From: Candidatus Collierbacteria bacterium GW2011_GWB2_45_17
GTDB taxonomy: Bacteria > Patescibacteriota > Microgenomatia > UBA1400 > MFAQ01
Reading direction: 5' to 3'
DNA length: 64,000 nt
NCBI GenBank assembly: GCA_001001485.1
Contig: LCKO01000001.1
Span: forward strand, 9,381-73,380
Shown here: positions 8,674 through 19,057 of the stretch, one piece after another
Layout of the letters: every line of letters begins with the position of its first letter
Numbering within the stretch: position 1 is the first letter of the stretch
Notes under the pieces: model-generated
What the model saw: the letters and a program-made list of their open reading frames with translations, nothing else
Told to the model about the DNA's origin: nothing
The model's database searches: none
Translations under genes and position numbers: made by a program

Positions 8674-8729
8674 AGTTTCAATCGATTTTATCTAATAAGA
8701 GCATACATAGTTTATACTAGAAACTATCT

Positions 8730-10865
8730 ATGGCTCGTAAAAAAGGACGCCGTTCTAAACCCTACAAACTAAATCTTAAAAAGGACACCACAAACTCTGT
8801 CTTGGCCGTGATTCTCATGGGGATTGGCGGTCTCATTGCCATCTCATTTTCTCAACAGGGAGATTTGCTTACTAAAATCAACGAAATTGGTCAGCAATTT
8901 TTTGGTTGGCCTCTTCTTTTTCTCCCCTTTATTTTTATCGTCGGGGGTCTCATCATCACTCACGTCAAATTGGCCATTGCCTCCACCCACGTACTTCTTG
9001 GTAGTGTCGTCACCATGGTTTCACTTTCCGGCTTGTTCGGTACCGGTAGTCTGGGTCTCGGGATCAAAGAATCCGTGGTTTCACTTATTTCAGTCCCCGG
9101 GACCATCCTTTTTTATCTCGTAGGTACCGTGATCGGCATTTTTATTCTTTTTGAAACCTCCATCGAAGACCTTTTGGTCCTCGTTCGAAACATCGTCTCC
9201 GGATTGGACGTCGTTACTAGAAAGCTTAGAGGACTTGTCGGTATCAAAGGGAATACTCCTACTTTTTTAAATAAGAGTAACACCGTCAAAATTACCGGGG
9301 GTGATGAACCCGTTACGACTATTTCTCGCCAGACGGTTGAGCCGGTCAAAATTGTCAGCCGTGACCTTGGACATACTACGCAAGCCGTTCTTGAGACCAG
9401 GCGTTTACCGGACGGTGCCTCCGCCGGAGTCTGGCAGTATCCGCCGCTTACCTTGCTAAGTGATCAGAAGCTGGGTAAGGCTGACAGGGGTGACATCAAT
9501 AATAATATCGAAATCATCCAGAACACCTTGGCTTCTTTTGGTATCCAAGCTAAAGTTATGGAGGTTCACCAAGGTCCGGCTGTCTCCCAGTACGCTCTGG
9601 CGATCACCATGGGAACGAAGCTCAGCAAAATCAGTGCTCTTCAGTCCGATTTGGCTTTGGCCCTCTCCGCTCCCCAGGGGCAAATTCGTATCGAAGCCCC
9701 CATCCCTGGTCGCGATTTGGTTGGCATTGAGATTCCCAATCGGTCTCTAGAGTTTGTCTCACTTCGCGAGATGCTTTCCAAAAAAGTCATGCAAGAAAAT
9801 CGTTCCAAAACCGCTTTTTCACTCGGGCTAGATGTTTCCGGTCAAGAAGTTGTCGCCGATCTAGCCAAGATGCCTCACTTGCTCATTGCCGGCACTACCG
9901 GTTCCGGTAAATCTGTCCTAATCAACGCCATCATTTCCTCAATTCTTTTTCGAGCCTCTCCGGAGGAAGTTAAATTCATCATGGTCGACCCCAAACGGGT
10001 GGAACTTACTCCTTACAACGACATCCCCCACCTACTGACTCGAGTGATTACCGACGTTTCTAAAGTCAGTAACGCTCTCGGTTGGTTAGTGGTCGAAATG
10101 GAAAAACGCTACCGCCTTTTTGAAGAGCTGAAAGTCAAAAATATTGCCGGTTACAACGAAACGATCGGTTTTCAGACCATGCCCTTTATCATTGTCATCG
10201 TCGATGAAATGGCCGATATCATGATGTCCAAGAACGCCGGAGAAATTGAGGAAAAAATAGTCCGCCTGGCTCAGATGGCTCGGGCCGTCGGTATCCATCT
10301 GATTCTTTCTACCCAACGTCCCTCTGTCAACATTCTTACCGGTATCATTAAGGCCAATATCCCCGCCCGTATTGCTTTCCAGGTGACCTCCATGATTGAT
10401 TCCCGCGTCATCATCGACACCCCCGGTGCCGAAAAACTCCTTGGCAAAGGAGACATGCTTTACGTTCCGCCGGACATCGCCAAACCAAAACGTATCCAAG
10501 GCGCCTTTGTTTCCGATAAAGAAATTAAGACTCTTCTCGATTTTATTCGCCGCACCGGAGTTACTTCTCAGATGGACGACACCATCATTAAAGCCAAAGA
10601 ATCCCCCGGAACTCTTTCTGCTTCAGGCCAAAACCTAGGCGATGTTGACGACAAATTTGAGGAAGCGGCTCATTTGGTCATCGCTGAAGGTAAGGGTTCC
10701 GCCTCACTCCTTCAAAGACGTCTAGAAATCGGCTATGCCCGCGCCGCCCGCATTCTCGATCAATTGGAAATGGCTGGTGTCCTCGCTCACGCGGAAGGAA
10801 ACAAGCCCAGAGAAATCATTGTTAGTAGTCTGAGTGAAGTTTTTCCCGGTGAAGATAATTCATAA
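8730..10865 (+). CDS. ftsK: DNA translocase FtsK/SpoIIIE
   Basis: N-terminal TM helices, Walker A LLIAGTTGSGKSVLIN, C-terminal gamma domain LLQRRLEIGYARAARILDQLE. Confidence 0.8.
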   Translation: MARKKGRRSKPYKLNLKKDTTNSVLAVILMGIGGLIAISFSQQGDLLTKINEIGQQFFGWPLLFLPFIFIVGGLIITHVKLAIASTHVLLGSVVTMVSLSGLFGTGSLGLGIKESVVSLISVPGTILFYLVGTVIGIFILFETSIEDLLVLVRNIVSGLDVVTRKLRGLVGIKGNTPTFLNKSNTVKITGGDEPVTTISRQTVEPVKIVSRDLGHTTQAVLETRRLPDGASAGVWQYPPLTLLSDQKLGKADRGDINNNIEIIQNTLASFGIQAKVMEVHQGPAVSQYALAITMGTKLSKISALQSDLALALSAPQGQIRIEAPIPGRDLVGIEIPNRSLEFVSLREMLSKKVMQENRSKTAFSLGLDVSGQEVVADLAKMPHLLIAGTTGSGKSVLINAIISSILFRASPEEVKFIMVDPKRVELTPYNDIPHLLTRVITDVSKVSNALGWLVVEMEKRYRLFEELKVKNIAGYNETIGFQTMPFIIVIVDEMADIMMSKNAGEIEEKIVRLAQMARAVGIHLILSTQRPSVNILTGIIKANIPARIAFQVTSMIDSRVIIDTPGAEKLLGKGDMLYVPPDIAKPKRIQGAFVSDKEIKTLLDFIRRTGVTSQMDDTIIKAKESPGTLSASGQNLGDVDDKFEEAAHLVIAEGKGSASLLQRRLEIGYARAARILDQLEMAGVLAHAEGNKPREIIVSSLSEVFPGEDNS

Positions 10866-10867
10866 GT

Positions 10868-11488
10868 ATGAAGACCGTCGGTCAAATCATTTCTCAAGCG
10901 AGACAGAAGAGAGGTTTGTCTATTGACCAACTTTCCGGCCTCACTAAAATAGACTCTAGATACATCTCTGCCCTGGAACAAGATAGATATCAACTGCTTC
11001 CGTCAGAAACCTTTGCCAAGGGCTTTATCAGAAACCTTTGCCAAAGATTGGACTTAAATCCAAACGAATTAATTGCTATCTTCCGTCGGGACTTTCGCCA
11101 TCCGGAACAACCACCCGTCTCAAAACATCGCTCTCGGCTATTTTTGCCCGATAACGCTACCCAGTTTCTTCCTTTTATGGTTGGAGGCGTTGTCTTCCTG
11201 GTTTATCTTATTTTTCAGTTTCGAGCCATCGTTATTCCGCCAAAACTTTCAATTTCTAACCCGGAAAATAATGCCGTTTTAGTGTCTCCGGTAGAGATAG
11301 AGGGAAATACAGCCATCGACGCTACAATCTTCATCAACGAAGATATCAAAATCAAGCCGGACGCTTCCGGACACTTTATCGCTCGCCTTAATTTTCCTCA
11401 AGGCGAAATTGCTATTCAAATAAAAAGTGTCAATCGCTTCTCCCGCTCCGTCACCAAAAACCTTTCGGTCACCATCATCTCCAAATAG
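10868..11488 (+). CDS. RodZ-like cytoskeletal protein (N-terminal HTH, single TM)
   Basis: VGQIISQARQKRGLSIDQLSGLTKIDSRYISALEQDRYQLLP...FAKGFIRNLCQRLDLNPNEL HTH followed by a TM segment. Confidence 0.5.
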   Translation: MKTVGQIISQARQKRGLSIDQLSGLTKIDSRYISALEQDRYQLLPSETFAKGFIRNLCQRLDLNPNELIAIFRRDFRHPEQPPVSKHRSRLFLPDNATQFLPFMVGGVVFLVYLIFQFRAIVIPPKLSISNPENNAVLVSPVEIEGNTAIDATIFINEDIKIKPDASGHFIARLNFPQGEIAIQIKSVNRFSRSVTKNLSVTIISK

Positions 11489-11505
11489 ATCTGATATTAT
11501 TACTT

Positions 11506-11808
11506 ATGACCCTACCTCAAATAATTTCCATGGTTTCTGTAGTTTTACTCACCATCGTCGCCGTCGCAGTTGGAATCCAGCTAATTTACCTCCTCAAAGA
11601 ACTCCGTTACTCACTAGGCCGGATTAATCAGACCATAGACAACGTTTCTAATACTTTTGAGAAAATATCTCAACCGGCTCTCGGACTTTTTGCTATCCTG
11701 GAAGGATTCAAGGAGAGTGGCAAAATTATGGAGACTATCTCTCATCTGCTGGGTAGAGACAAGCCCAAACCTCCGGTAGACATCGACGCTTATGACAACT
11801 CTCTCTGA
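11506..11808 (+). CDS. Small membrane protein, function unknown
   Basis: 100 aa with one TM helix. Confidence 0.4.
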   Translation: MTLPQIISMVSVVLLTIVAVAVGIQLIYLLKELRYSLGRINQTIDNVSNTFEKISQPALGLFAILEGFKESGKIMETISHLLGRDKPKPPVDIDAYDNSL

Positions 11809-12052
11809 TAAACCGAGAGGTGGCCCACTGCCTTTTGCTTTTGGTATTCTCTTTGGCGTCGCCGCCACTTTTCTCTTTGGTACCGATGAGGGTCGCAAGT
11901 TAGTCAAGAAAGTCCTCGATCCATCGTTACCCCCAACTACTCCTCTGATCTTTCCCGAAGAAACCCAGCACCATTCCACTCTTGAATCCCCTCCACCTCC
12001 CTCTCCTTTGGTTCGCCCTGTTCGTCCCGAACCCTTCAAACCCACTCTCTAG
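11792..12052 (+). CDS. Small proline-rich membrane protein (uncertain)
   Basis: 86 aa with a TM helix then a Pro-rich tail; overlaps the previous ORF by 17 nt. Confidence 0.25.
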   Translation: MTTLSDKPRGGPLPFAFGILFGVAATFLFGTDEGRKLVKKVLDPSLPPTTPLIFPEETQHHSTLESPPPPSPLVRPVRPEPFKPTL

Positions 12053-12084
12053 CTGGTCACTCTTAGGCTATAATTTGTCTGAAC

Positions 12085-13917
12085 ATGACCATCAATGAAA
12101 TTCGTCAGAAATATCTGGACTTTATGCAACGGCGGGGGCATGCCTTGACACCTTCCGCTTCCTTGGTTCCCGAAGGCGATGCCACTACCCTTTTTACTTC
12201 AGCCGGCATGCAACCGATGATGCCTTATTTACTTGGAGAAAAACATCCTCTTGGCCCTCGCCTTGTCGACTCTCAAAAATGTTTCCGTTCTCAAGACATT
12301 GAATCGGTTGGAGACAATCGTCATAGTACTTTTTTTGAAATGCTAGGCAACTGGTCTCTCGGTGATTACTTTAAAAAAGAACAACTAAAATATTTTTTCG
12401 AGTTTCTCACCGACCCCAACAAAGGGCTTGGTTTGGATCCTTCCCGACTCTTTGTTACCGCTTTTGAAGGCGACGGTCAAATTAAAAAAGATACCGAAAC
12501 CATTGAAATTTGGCGCGATCTGTTTATCAGAGCCAATCTAAAAAATGTCGATGAGCATATCTTTACTTATCCTGCCAGCAAAAACTGGTGGTCTCGCGCC
12601 AGTGTACCGGAAAAAATGCCTGTGGGGGAGCCAGGCGGTCCGGACTCAGAGGTTTTTTATGACTTCGGTGTGAATCATAGATTTCATGAATCTTCTGCCT
12701 ATAAAAACGGCGAATGTCACCCCAACTGTGATTGCGGCCGCTTTCTGGAGATTGGTAACTCGGTTTTTATGCAGTACCAGAAAAACTCCGATGGCAGTCT
12801 CTCCGAGCTTCCCCAAAAAAATATAGATTTTGGCGGTGGTCTCGTTCGTTTAGCCGCCGCCGTCAACAATGATCCTGACATCTTCCACACTAGTATCTAC
12901 GATCCCATCGTTAAAGAAATCGAAAAATTATCCGGTAAGTCCTATGAAGACGAAGAAAACCAGCCTCCCATGCGGATCATCGCCGATCATCTCACCGCCG
13001 CCACCTTTCTCATCAAAGACGGTATTTTCCCCAGTAACAAAGCTCAGGGGTACGTTCTCCGCCGCCTTCTTCGTCGCGCGGCTGTTAAGCTTCACTTCTT
13101 AATGGGTGGTCGTGAAGGTATTATTCAGCTCGCCGGTATCACTTCGTCGATTATAGAAATTTACAAAAGCATTTACTTTGTCAAAGACGATTCGCTCTAT
13201 GTTCAAGGCGCTATTGCCAATGAGATTAGCCGGTTTGAAAAATCATTGGACAAAGGGATTAAAGAATTGGAAAAGAAAACCGATGTTTCCGGTAAAGACG
13301 CCTTTGACCTTTATCAAAACTACGGTTTTCCTCTGGAGATTACGACCGAGATTTTGGCTCAAATCGGTAAGTCGATAGACACGGAACAATTTCAGAAGGA
13401 ATTTGAAAAACACCAAGAACTCAGCCGAACCGCTTCAATGGGCATGTTCAAAGGCGGTCTGTCCGACCACTCCGCCATCGTGACCGCTTATCACACCGCC
13501 ACCCACTTGCTTCATTCTGCCTTAAGAATAATTTTGGGCACTCATGTAAGTCAAAAAGGCAGCAACATTACCGCCGAGCGTCTCCGATTCGATTTTTTTC
13601 AGCCTGAAAAAATATCCGACGATCAAATAAAATCTATTGAAGATTTAATCAATCAAAAAATATCGGAAAAATTACCAGTTACTCGGGCAGAAATGCCCAA
13701 AGAAAAAGCGATCGCCGAAGGCGCCATGGCTTTTTTTGGTCAAAAATATCCCGACATAGTGAGCGTATTCACCATTGGTGAAGAGCCGAACCATTTTTCC
13801 AAAGAGCTATGTGGAGGTCCGCATGTGGCAAGTCTGGCAGAACTTGCTAAGATAAAGGTAGTCAAACAAGAGTCTTTGGGCGCCGACACCCGACGTCTCT
13901 ATTTACAGTTTGTTTGA
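12085..13917 (+). CDS. alaS: Alanyl-tRNA synthetase, short form lacking the C-Ala domain
   Basis: Class II catalytic core, editing-domain HTATHLLHSALR and CGGPHV zinc motif; 610 aa. Confidence 0.8.
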   Translation: MTINEIRQKYLDFMQRRGHALTPSASLVPEGDATTLFTSAGMQPMMPYLLGEKHPLGPRLVDSQKCFRSQDIESVGDNRHSTFFEMLGNWSLGDYFKKEQLKYFFEFLTDPNKGLGLDPSRLFVTAFEGDGQIKKDTETIEIWRDLFIRANLKNVDEHIFTYPASKNWWSRASVPEKMPVGEPGGPDSEVFYDFGVNHRFHESSAYKNGECHPNCDCGRFLEIGNSVFMQYQKNSDGSLSELPQKNIDFGGGLVRLAAAVNNDPDIFHTSIYDPIVKEIEKLSGKSYEDEENQPPMRIIADHLTAATFLIKDGIFPSNKAQGYVLRRLLRRAAVKLHFLMGGREGIIQLAGITSSIIEIYKSIYFVKDDSLYVQGAIANEISRFEKSLDKGIKELEKKTDVSGKDAFDLYQNYGFPLEITTEILAQIGKSIDTEQFQKEFEKHQELSRTASMGMFKGGLSDHSAIVTAYHTATHLLHSALRIILGTHVSQKGSNITAERLRFDFFQPEKISDDQIKSIEDLINQKISEKLPVTRAEMPKEKAIAEGAMAFFGQKYPDIVSVFTIGEEPNHFSKELCGGPHVASLAELAKIKVVKQESLGADTRRLYLQFV

Positions 13918-16051
13918 CAACCAAGAATCTGTGAATCTAGTTAACCTATTTGGCAATAAATCAAAGCTCCCAGAGCCGGAGTATTTTCTGGCTATCGAAA
14001 TTCACGAATCGCTCATCAAAACCGCCCTCTGGGAAGTTTTAGAAGGCCAACCTGAAGTGGTGAATGTCGGTTCATACGAATCCTGGGCCGATGAAGAGTC
14101 TCTTATCAACGGTGTTGATTCCTCTCTGGATCAGGCTATCAAAGTCATCAAAGGTCAACCCAAGAGAGTTGTTTTTGGTCTACCCGCTTCCTGGATGGAA
14201 GATGAAAAAATCCATTCTACCAAGACTAAACTAGTCACTCGTCTTTGCAAGGAGTTGGGGCTAGAACCCATTGGGGCGGTCACCACCAATCGGGCCATTG
14301 CCCACTTCCTCAAAAAAAGAGAAGGCATGCCCCCCACAGTCATTCTCTTGGAAGTCTATACCAGCAAGGTGGCCGTTTCCTACGTTTATCTTGGAGCCGT
14401 CAATAAAACGGAAGAGGTGGCTAGATCCGGAGATCTGGCTCACGACGTTGAGGAAGGACTTACCAGAATGGATCTTAATAACTATCCCGCTCGTTTCATC
14501 CTGACGAACGGTAACGGCTTGGAAGAAGAGTCGCAACAGATTACGGCTTTTCCTTGGACAGATAGGCTTCCCTTTAAACATATTCCGAAAGTAGAAATAC
14601 TTCCAATAGATTTTTCCATCAAAGCCATTGCCCTTACCGGGGGCATCGAAGCCGTCCAGTCGATTGGTTTCGAAATTAAAGAAGCGGTTGAAGAATCTAA
14701 TTTGGTGGTTCCTGAAAAAACACCTTCGTCAATGGAAGAGCTGGGTTTTTCCTACGAAGAAACCGCTCCTCCTCCCTCCATTTCATTGGCAGAACCGGTA
14801 GAACCCTCTGAAGAAGACCTAGAACCAAAATATGCCTTCTCTGGAGATGAGATCGGCTCGTCACCCCAGAAAAAATTTCACTTTAAAATTGCCCTACCCT
14901 CACTACCTAAAATAAATCTTCCCCACCCTCCTCGTCTGAGTTATCTATTATTCCTGGTCATCCCCGCCATCTTGTTTCTGGGGCTAATCGCTTACTTGTT
15001 TTTGGGCCAGGTCGAGATAGCTATTCACTTCAATCCTCAAAAAGTAAACAGGCAGTTGGGGATCGCTATCGCCGAGACTCTGCAGGAAAGTATACCGACC
15101 TTAATTGCTACCAAGAAAACTTTTTCCGGCTCCGCTCAAGAGTCAATCTCCACTACCGGAACGGCCACGGTCGGCGACAAGGCTACCGGCACCATTACCA
15201 TTGGCAACAAGTCCAGCGCCCCCCTTATCCTCAAGGCCGGGTCCACTGTCAGTAACGACACCGGAAAGTATTCATATATTTTACAAACCGCCGTTACTAT
15301 CGCCTCTGCCAGCGCTGACTCTCTGGACACGATTTCCGGAAAGGCAACCGGTGTCCAGGTCACTGCGACCAAAATTGGCGCCGAACACAATCTTCTCAAA
15401 GGAACCATTTTTAGCGTCGATAGTTTTTCCAAAGCCATTGCCGTAGCCGTTTCCGAATCTGACTTCGCCGGTGGAACTTCTCGCACCGTCAACGCTGTTT
15501 CCAAAGTCGACCAAGATAAATTGCTGGCTACCGGTACCGAAAAAATCAAGATCAAAGTTCAGTCCGACGCTCAAATGGAAAATCCCGAACTAAAAACCCT
15601 ACCTCTTTCCGACATTATTTTTACCAAGAAACAGTTTGACCACAACCTTTCCGAAGAAGCAACTACCGTCAGTCTCACACTGGAAGGCTCATTCGACGCT
15701 CTGGTTTACTCTCAAGGAAGTCTCAATGATTTAGCTACTAATGAATTAAAAAGCCAAATTCCGGCGGGCTCATATATCAAAAAGGAATCGACCACCGTTA
15801 GTTTGGAAAATCCCACTAAATCAGGTGGCATTTACCAATCAAAAGTCATGATTGAAGCCTCTCTTTATCCGGAAATAGACGAGCAAAAACTGGCGGAATT
15901 CATCAAAGGCAAGTCCGTTTCCGGCCTGCGTCATTTCTTTGAACCGATTCCTGGTTTTACCGGAGTCAATATCAAGATTTTCCCTTCCCTGCCGTTCATT
16001 ACCAAGATTCTCCCGCTCCGAAACATTAAGTTCGACCTCGTTAGCAACTGA
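13910..16051 (+). CDS. Membrane protein with an N-terminal actin-like ATPase (FtsA/PilM-family) domain, one TM helix and a large Thr/Ser-rich extracytoplasmic domain
   Basis: LAIEIHESLIKTALWEV start and RVVFGLPASW...LEPIGAVTTNRAIAHF resemble FtsA/PilM; TM at about residue 340. Confidence 0.4.
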   Translation: MFDNQESVNLVNLFGNKSKLPEPEYFLAIEIHESLIKTALWEVLEGQPEVVNVGSYESWADEESLINGVDSSLDQAIKVIKGQPKRVVFGLPASWMEDEKIHSTKTKLVTRLCKELGLEPIGAVTTNRAIAHFLKKREGMPPTVILLEVYTSKVAVSYVYLGAVNKTEEVARSGDLAHDVEEGLTRMDLNNYPARFILTNGNGLEEESQQITAFPWTDRLPFKHIPKVEILPIDFSIKAIALTGGIEAVQSIGFEIKEAVEESNLVVPEKTPSSMEELGFSYEETAPPPSISLAEPVEPSEEDLEPKYAFSGDEIGSSPQKKFHFKIALPSLPKINLPHPPRLSYLLFLVIPAILFLGLIAYLFLGQVEIAIHFNPQKVNRQLGIAIAETLQESIPTLIATKKTFSGSAQESISTTGTATVGDKATGTITIGNKSSAPLILKAGSTVSNDTGKYSYILQTAVTIASASADSLDTISGKATGVQVTATKIGAEHNLLKGTIFSVDSFSKAIAVAVSESDFAGGTSRTVNAVSKVDQDKLLATGTEKIKIKVQSDAQMENPELKTLPLSDIIFTKKQFDHNLSEEATTVSLTLEGSFDALVYSQGSLNDLATNELKSQIPAGSYIKKESTTVSLENPTKSGGIYQSKVMIEASLYPEIDEQKLAEFIKGKSVSGLRHFFEPIPGFTGVNIKIFPSLPFITKILPLRNIKFDLVSN

Positions 16052-16052
16052 C

Positions 16053-16805
16053 ATGTTATATAGCTACCGCAAGGCTACACAGGGTAATCCCCACCCCGGC
16101 CGCCGCATTCCTCTCTATCTCAAGACCATCCCCACTCTGGTTTCTGCCTTGGGGCTCGCCATTCTTGGTGGTGTGGCTTACCCTGTCGTCAGTTATCAAC
16201 TTAATAACTTCCGCTTATTTAATCTGGCTGACTCGGGTCTACTTTCTCCGGTCTATTATCAATCCCAAGCCCAGGATGAGGGTGAGCCTATCGTTGTTTC
16301 AGGGTTAGACTTTACCAAAGCCAGTAGTTGGTTCCCTGGTACCCCTCAAAACAATCTTTTCGCCTCCAAAAAAACTTTCGGAGAAAATGTTCCGGATTTT
16401 TACACTCTTTCTATACCCTCGCTAGGAATTTTTGATGCCACTGTGGCTCTTCGAGATGAAGACCTCACCCAACACTTGGTTCAGTATCCCCAAACAGCCT
16501 TGCCGGGACAGATAGGCTCTCCGGTTATTTTTGGTCATTCGACCTTACCTCAATTTTTTGATCCAAAAAAATACACCACTATTTTTTCAACTCTGCCTAA
16601 GATCAAGGTTGGCTCCGATATATTTGTGACCTACGATGGCGCCGAGTACACTTATCGCATAAGCAAAACCTTTGAGGTCAAGCCCAAAGAACTTTGGGTT
16701 CTGCGTCAAGAATACTCAGACAAAACCCTTAAACTGATTACCTGCGTTCCTCCGGGCACCACTCTGAGACGCCTAGTAGTTGAAGCCAACCTAATTCCAA
16801 ACTGA
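16053..16805 (+). CDS. Sortase-family transpeptidase
   Basis: N-terminal TM, His (VIFGHSTLP), catalytic TLKLITCVPPGTTLRR (TLxTC plus Arg). Confidence 0.65.
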   Translation: MLYSYRKATQGNPHPGRRIPLYLKTIPTLVSALGLAILGGVAYPVVSYQLNNFRLFNLADSGLLSPVYYQSQAQDEGEPIVVSGLDFTKASSWFPGTPQNNLFASKKTFGENVPDFYTLSIPSLGIFDATVALRDEDLTQHLVQYPQTALPGQIGSPVIFGHSTLPQFFDPKKYTTIFSTLPKIKVGSDIFVTYDGAEYTYRISKTFEVKPKELWVLRQEYSDKTLKLITCVPPGTTLRRLVVEANLIPN

Positions 16806-16812
16806 CGTACTC

Positions 16813-16925
16813 GTCATTGCGAGCGTAGCGCGGCAATCTAACTCTAATTATAGTGTCATCCCGGACCTGGATCCGGGATCCATCCCCTCCGTCATTGCGA
16901 GTCTCGTATTCGAGCCGAAGCAATC
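16813..16925. repeat. Three adjacent hairpin repeats: GTCATTGCGAGCGTAGCGCGGCAATC, GTCATCCCGGACCTGGATCCGGGATCCATCCCC and GTCATTGCGAGTCTCGTATTCGAGCCGAAGCAATC
   Basis: Members of the same GTCAT repeat families seen elsewhere in the window. Confidence 0.6.
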
Positions 16926-16956
16926 TAGCATTCGCTATCATTGGCTATCGCTCGCA

Positions 16957-17265
16957 TTGACAATGACAATACAATATAATATAATTACGCAAGTGAAACC
17001 AATTCAATGGGATTCAAACAAGAGTATTAAACTTAAAGAATCTCGAGGTGTTTCCTTTGAAGAGGTCTTCGAACTTGTTTTCAATCGCGAAGTGGTCGCG
17101 ATTGTTGATAATCCAAATCAAAAAAGATACCCGGGGCAGAAGATCATTCTGGTTATCTTCAATTCATATATGCACTGCATACCGTTTGTTGAGGATGAAG
17201 AAAAAATCTTTCTCAAAACAATTTTTGCTAGCCGTAAATATCATAAAAAATATTACAAAAAATGA
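16957..17265 (+). CDS. BrnT toxin (DUF497)
   Basis: IQWDSNKSIKLKESRGVSFEEVFELVF...IILVIFNSYMH...FLKTIFASRKYHKKY fits the BrnT pattern. Confidence 0.65.
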   Translation: MTMTIQYNIITQVKPIQWDSNKSIKLKESRGVSFEEVFELVFNREVVAIVDNPNQKRYPGQKIILVIFNSYMHCIPFVEDEEKIFLKTIFASRKYHKKYYKK

Positions 17266-17537
17266 AATATTACAAACTCACCAAAGAAGAAAAACAAATT
17301 GAAAAAGATCTTATAGCTGGTAAATATGTTCCAGTACCTAACATGGAACAAGAAATTGATCGCTTCCAAAAAATAGCCCAAGCTCAACTCAAAAATAAAA
17401 CTGTTAATTTCCGTATTGCAGGGTCAGAGCTAGAAATCTTTAAATCCAAATCTGGCAAAGTTGGCCTTCCTTATCAGTCTCTACTATCTCTCCTTATTTC
17501 TCAATACAATCGAGATAAATTTTCCATCAAGCTTTAA
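17262..17537 (+). CDS. BrnA antitoxin
   Basis: VNFRIAGSELEIFKSKSGKVGLPYQSLLSLLISQY; 4-nt overlap with BrnT. Confidence 0.65.
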   Translation: MKYYKLTKEEKQIEKDLIAGKYVPVPNMEQEIDRFQKIAQAQLKNKTVNFRIAGSELEIFKSKSGKVGLPYQSLLSLLISQYNRDKFSIKL

Positions 17538-17543
17538 CTTTCC

Positions 17544-17936
17544 ATGCCCATTATTCTTTGTCTTGACCCAGGTACCTCTCACACAGGCCTCGCTATTTCT
17601 GAGGAGGGGATTCTCGCCACACCGGTCGCCACTATTTATGAAAAAGAGTTAGATCAATTGGTCACCAAATTACTGCCCTTTCTAAATCGATATCATCCGG
17701 ACAAAATCGTCATTGGAGTCCCGGAGTATGGTCCAATCGTCAAATTTGCCACAGACTTAAGTGAAAAAATTTACACCGTTTTTCCCAAAGAAATAGTCTT
17801 TTTTCGTGAAGATCTCAGTTCTCACACCGCCAGGAATGTCATGAAAGAGCAAGGGAAAACTCTGACTAAACGAAAGAAAGAAGAGCACCAAACCGCCGCC
17901 GCCCTCATCCTCCAAGACTACCTCGATTCTTTCTAG
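17544..17936 (+). CDS. ruvX: Holliday junction resolvase-like YqgF/RuvX (pre-16S rRNA nuclease)
   Basis: ILCLDPGTSHTGLAISEE RNase H-like start. Confidence 0.7.
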   Translation: MPIILCLDPGTSHTGLAISEEGILATPVATIYEKELDQLVTKLLPFLNRYHPDKIVIGVPEYGPIVKFATDLSEKIYTVFPKEIVFFREDLSSHTARNVMKEQGKTLTKRKKEEHQTAAALILQDYLDSF

Positions 17937-17974
17937 TTTATTCGCAACTTTGATTATGCGATAGAATTGGGTAC

Positions 17975-19033
17975 ATGGAGGCAAAAGTATCAATAGATTC
18001 AGAAAAAACAATAGCTCCCGAAAAAGAATACGAAAAAATTTTAGCCCTTTTTTGCGATAATTCAGGGCTTGACGTAAAAGAAGTAGAAACCAGAATGAAG
18101 TCATCGGGTTTAGACAAAATCGTAACAGGTCCAAAAACTGGATTACTAAAAAAATTATTTCCGGACGAAAAAGATAGAGATCTAAGAGAAATTTTCCAAT
18201 GGATAGAACTGGATAGGGATCACATCATTAAGGGAGGCAAAATATTTCAATGGTTAGATCTAGTTGTTACTTGGACTCAAATTGGGTCTGGTAAAAACAA
18301 ATTTGAACTCTTATTTCCGGTAGTAGCAGACAATGCTTTAGTCCAATTAAAAAAAGAATTACACAATTGGGAAACAAACCTACAATCAATATCGAACGAA
18401 ATTAATAGAGATCCATATCTATTAGAACAAAAAGCTACCGTCACTAAGAGAGTTGGGAGGGTAGATGATACTTTAAGACGAATAAACACCATAGGTATAA
18501 AGGAAATAGCGAAAGGAAGAATTCCTGTTACGAGAGTACTGTCTTTTACCGCAAATGAAGAAAATAATAATCCAGAAATATCACAACTAGCCTTAGACGT
18601 TTTGGTTTCTGAATCGACCTTCGGTATTAACAATCAGTCTAGGTTGGTCAACATGACCCTAGCTGATCTAAATAGGCATAAAGCTTGGCCAGAAAAAGGT
18701 TCCCCCCTGACATCTTGGAGTTTCGCTTCACTAAACAACCATCCAGCCTTGCGAAATATTGCTGTTGAAAAGTCGATAATACAGGTGAGTAGCTTACCCA
18801 TTATGGAACTTTGTTGGTCCAGAGATGCAATTCAAGCCGCAAGTTTAAGAGACGATCTTTATCCTATCCGAAGATGGTACGTTGGTGATGATCTTCACGC
18901 GCCAGCGATGGATAATAAAATGAGGTTAGATGATTTGGGTGAAAGAAATATTCACGCTGGAATTTTTCAATCAGAAGACGAGGCTACAGTATGGGGAAAT
19001 ATCCCAAATCTAGGGGTATTCAACTTGCTTTAA
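17975..19033 (+). CDS. Hypothetical protein, no recognizable family
   Basis: 352 aa ORF; AT-richer than neighbouring genes. Confidence 0.4.
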   Translation: MEAKVSIDSEKTIAPEKEYEKILALFCDNSGLDVKEVETRMKSSGLDKIVTGPKTGLLKKLFPDEKDRDLREIFQWIELDRDHIIKGGKIFQWLDLVVTWTQIGSGKNKFELLFPVVADNALVQLKKELHNWETNLQSISNEINRDPYLLEQKATVTKRVGRVDDTLRRINTIGIKEIAKGRIPVTRVLSFTANEENNNPEISQLALDVLVSESTFGINNQSRLVNMTLADLNRHKAWPEKGSPLTSWSFASLNNHPALRNIAVEKSIIQVSSLPIMELCWSRDAIQAASLRDDLYPIRRWYVGDDLHAPAMDNKMRLDDLGERNIHAGIFQSEDEATVWGNIPNLGVFNLL

Positions 19034-19057
19034 GAATCCATAATATATAATCAATCT

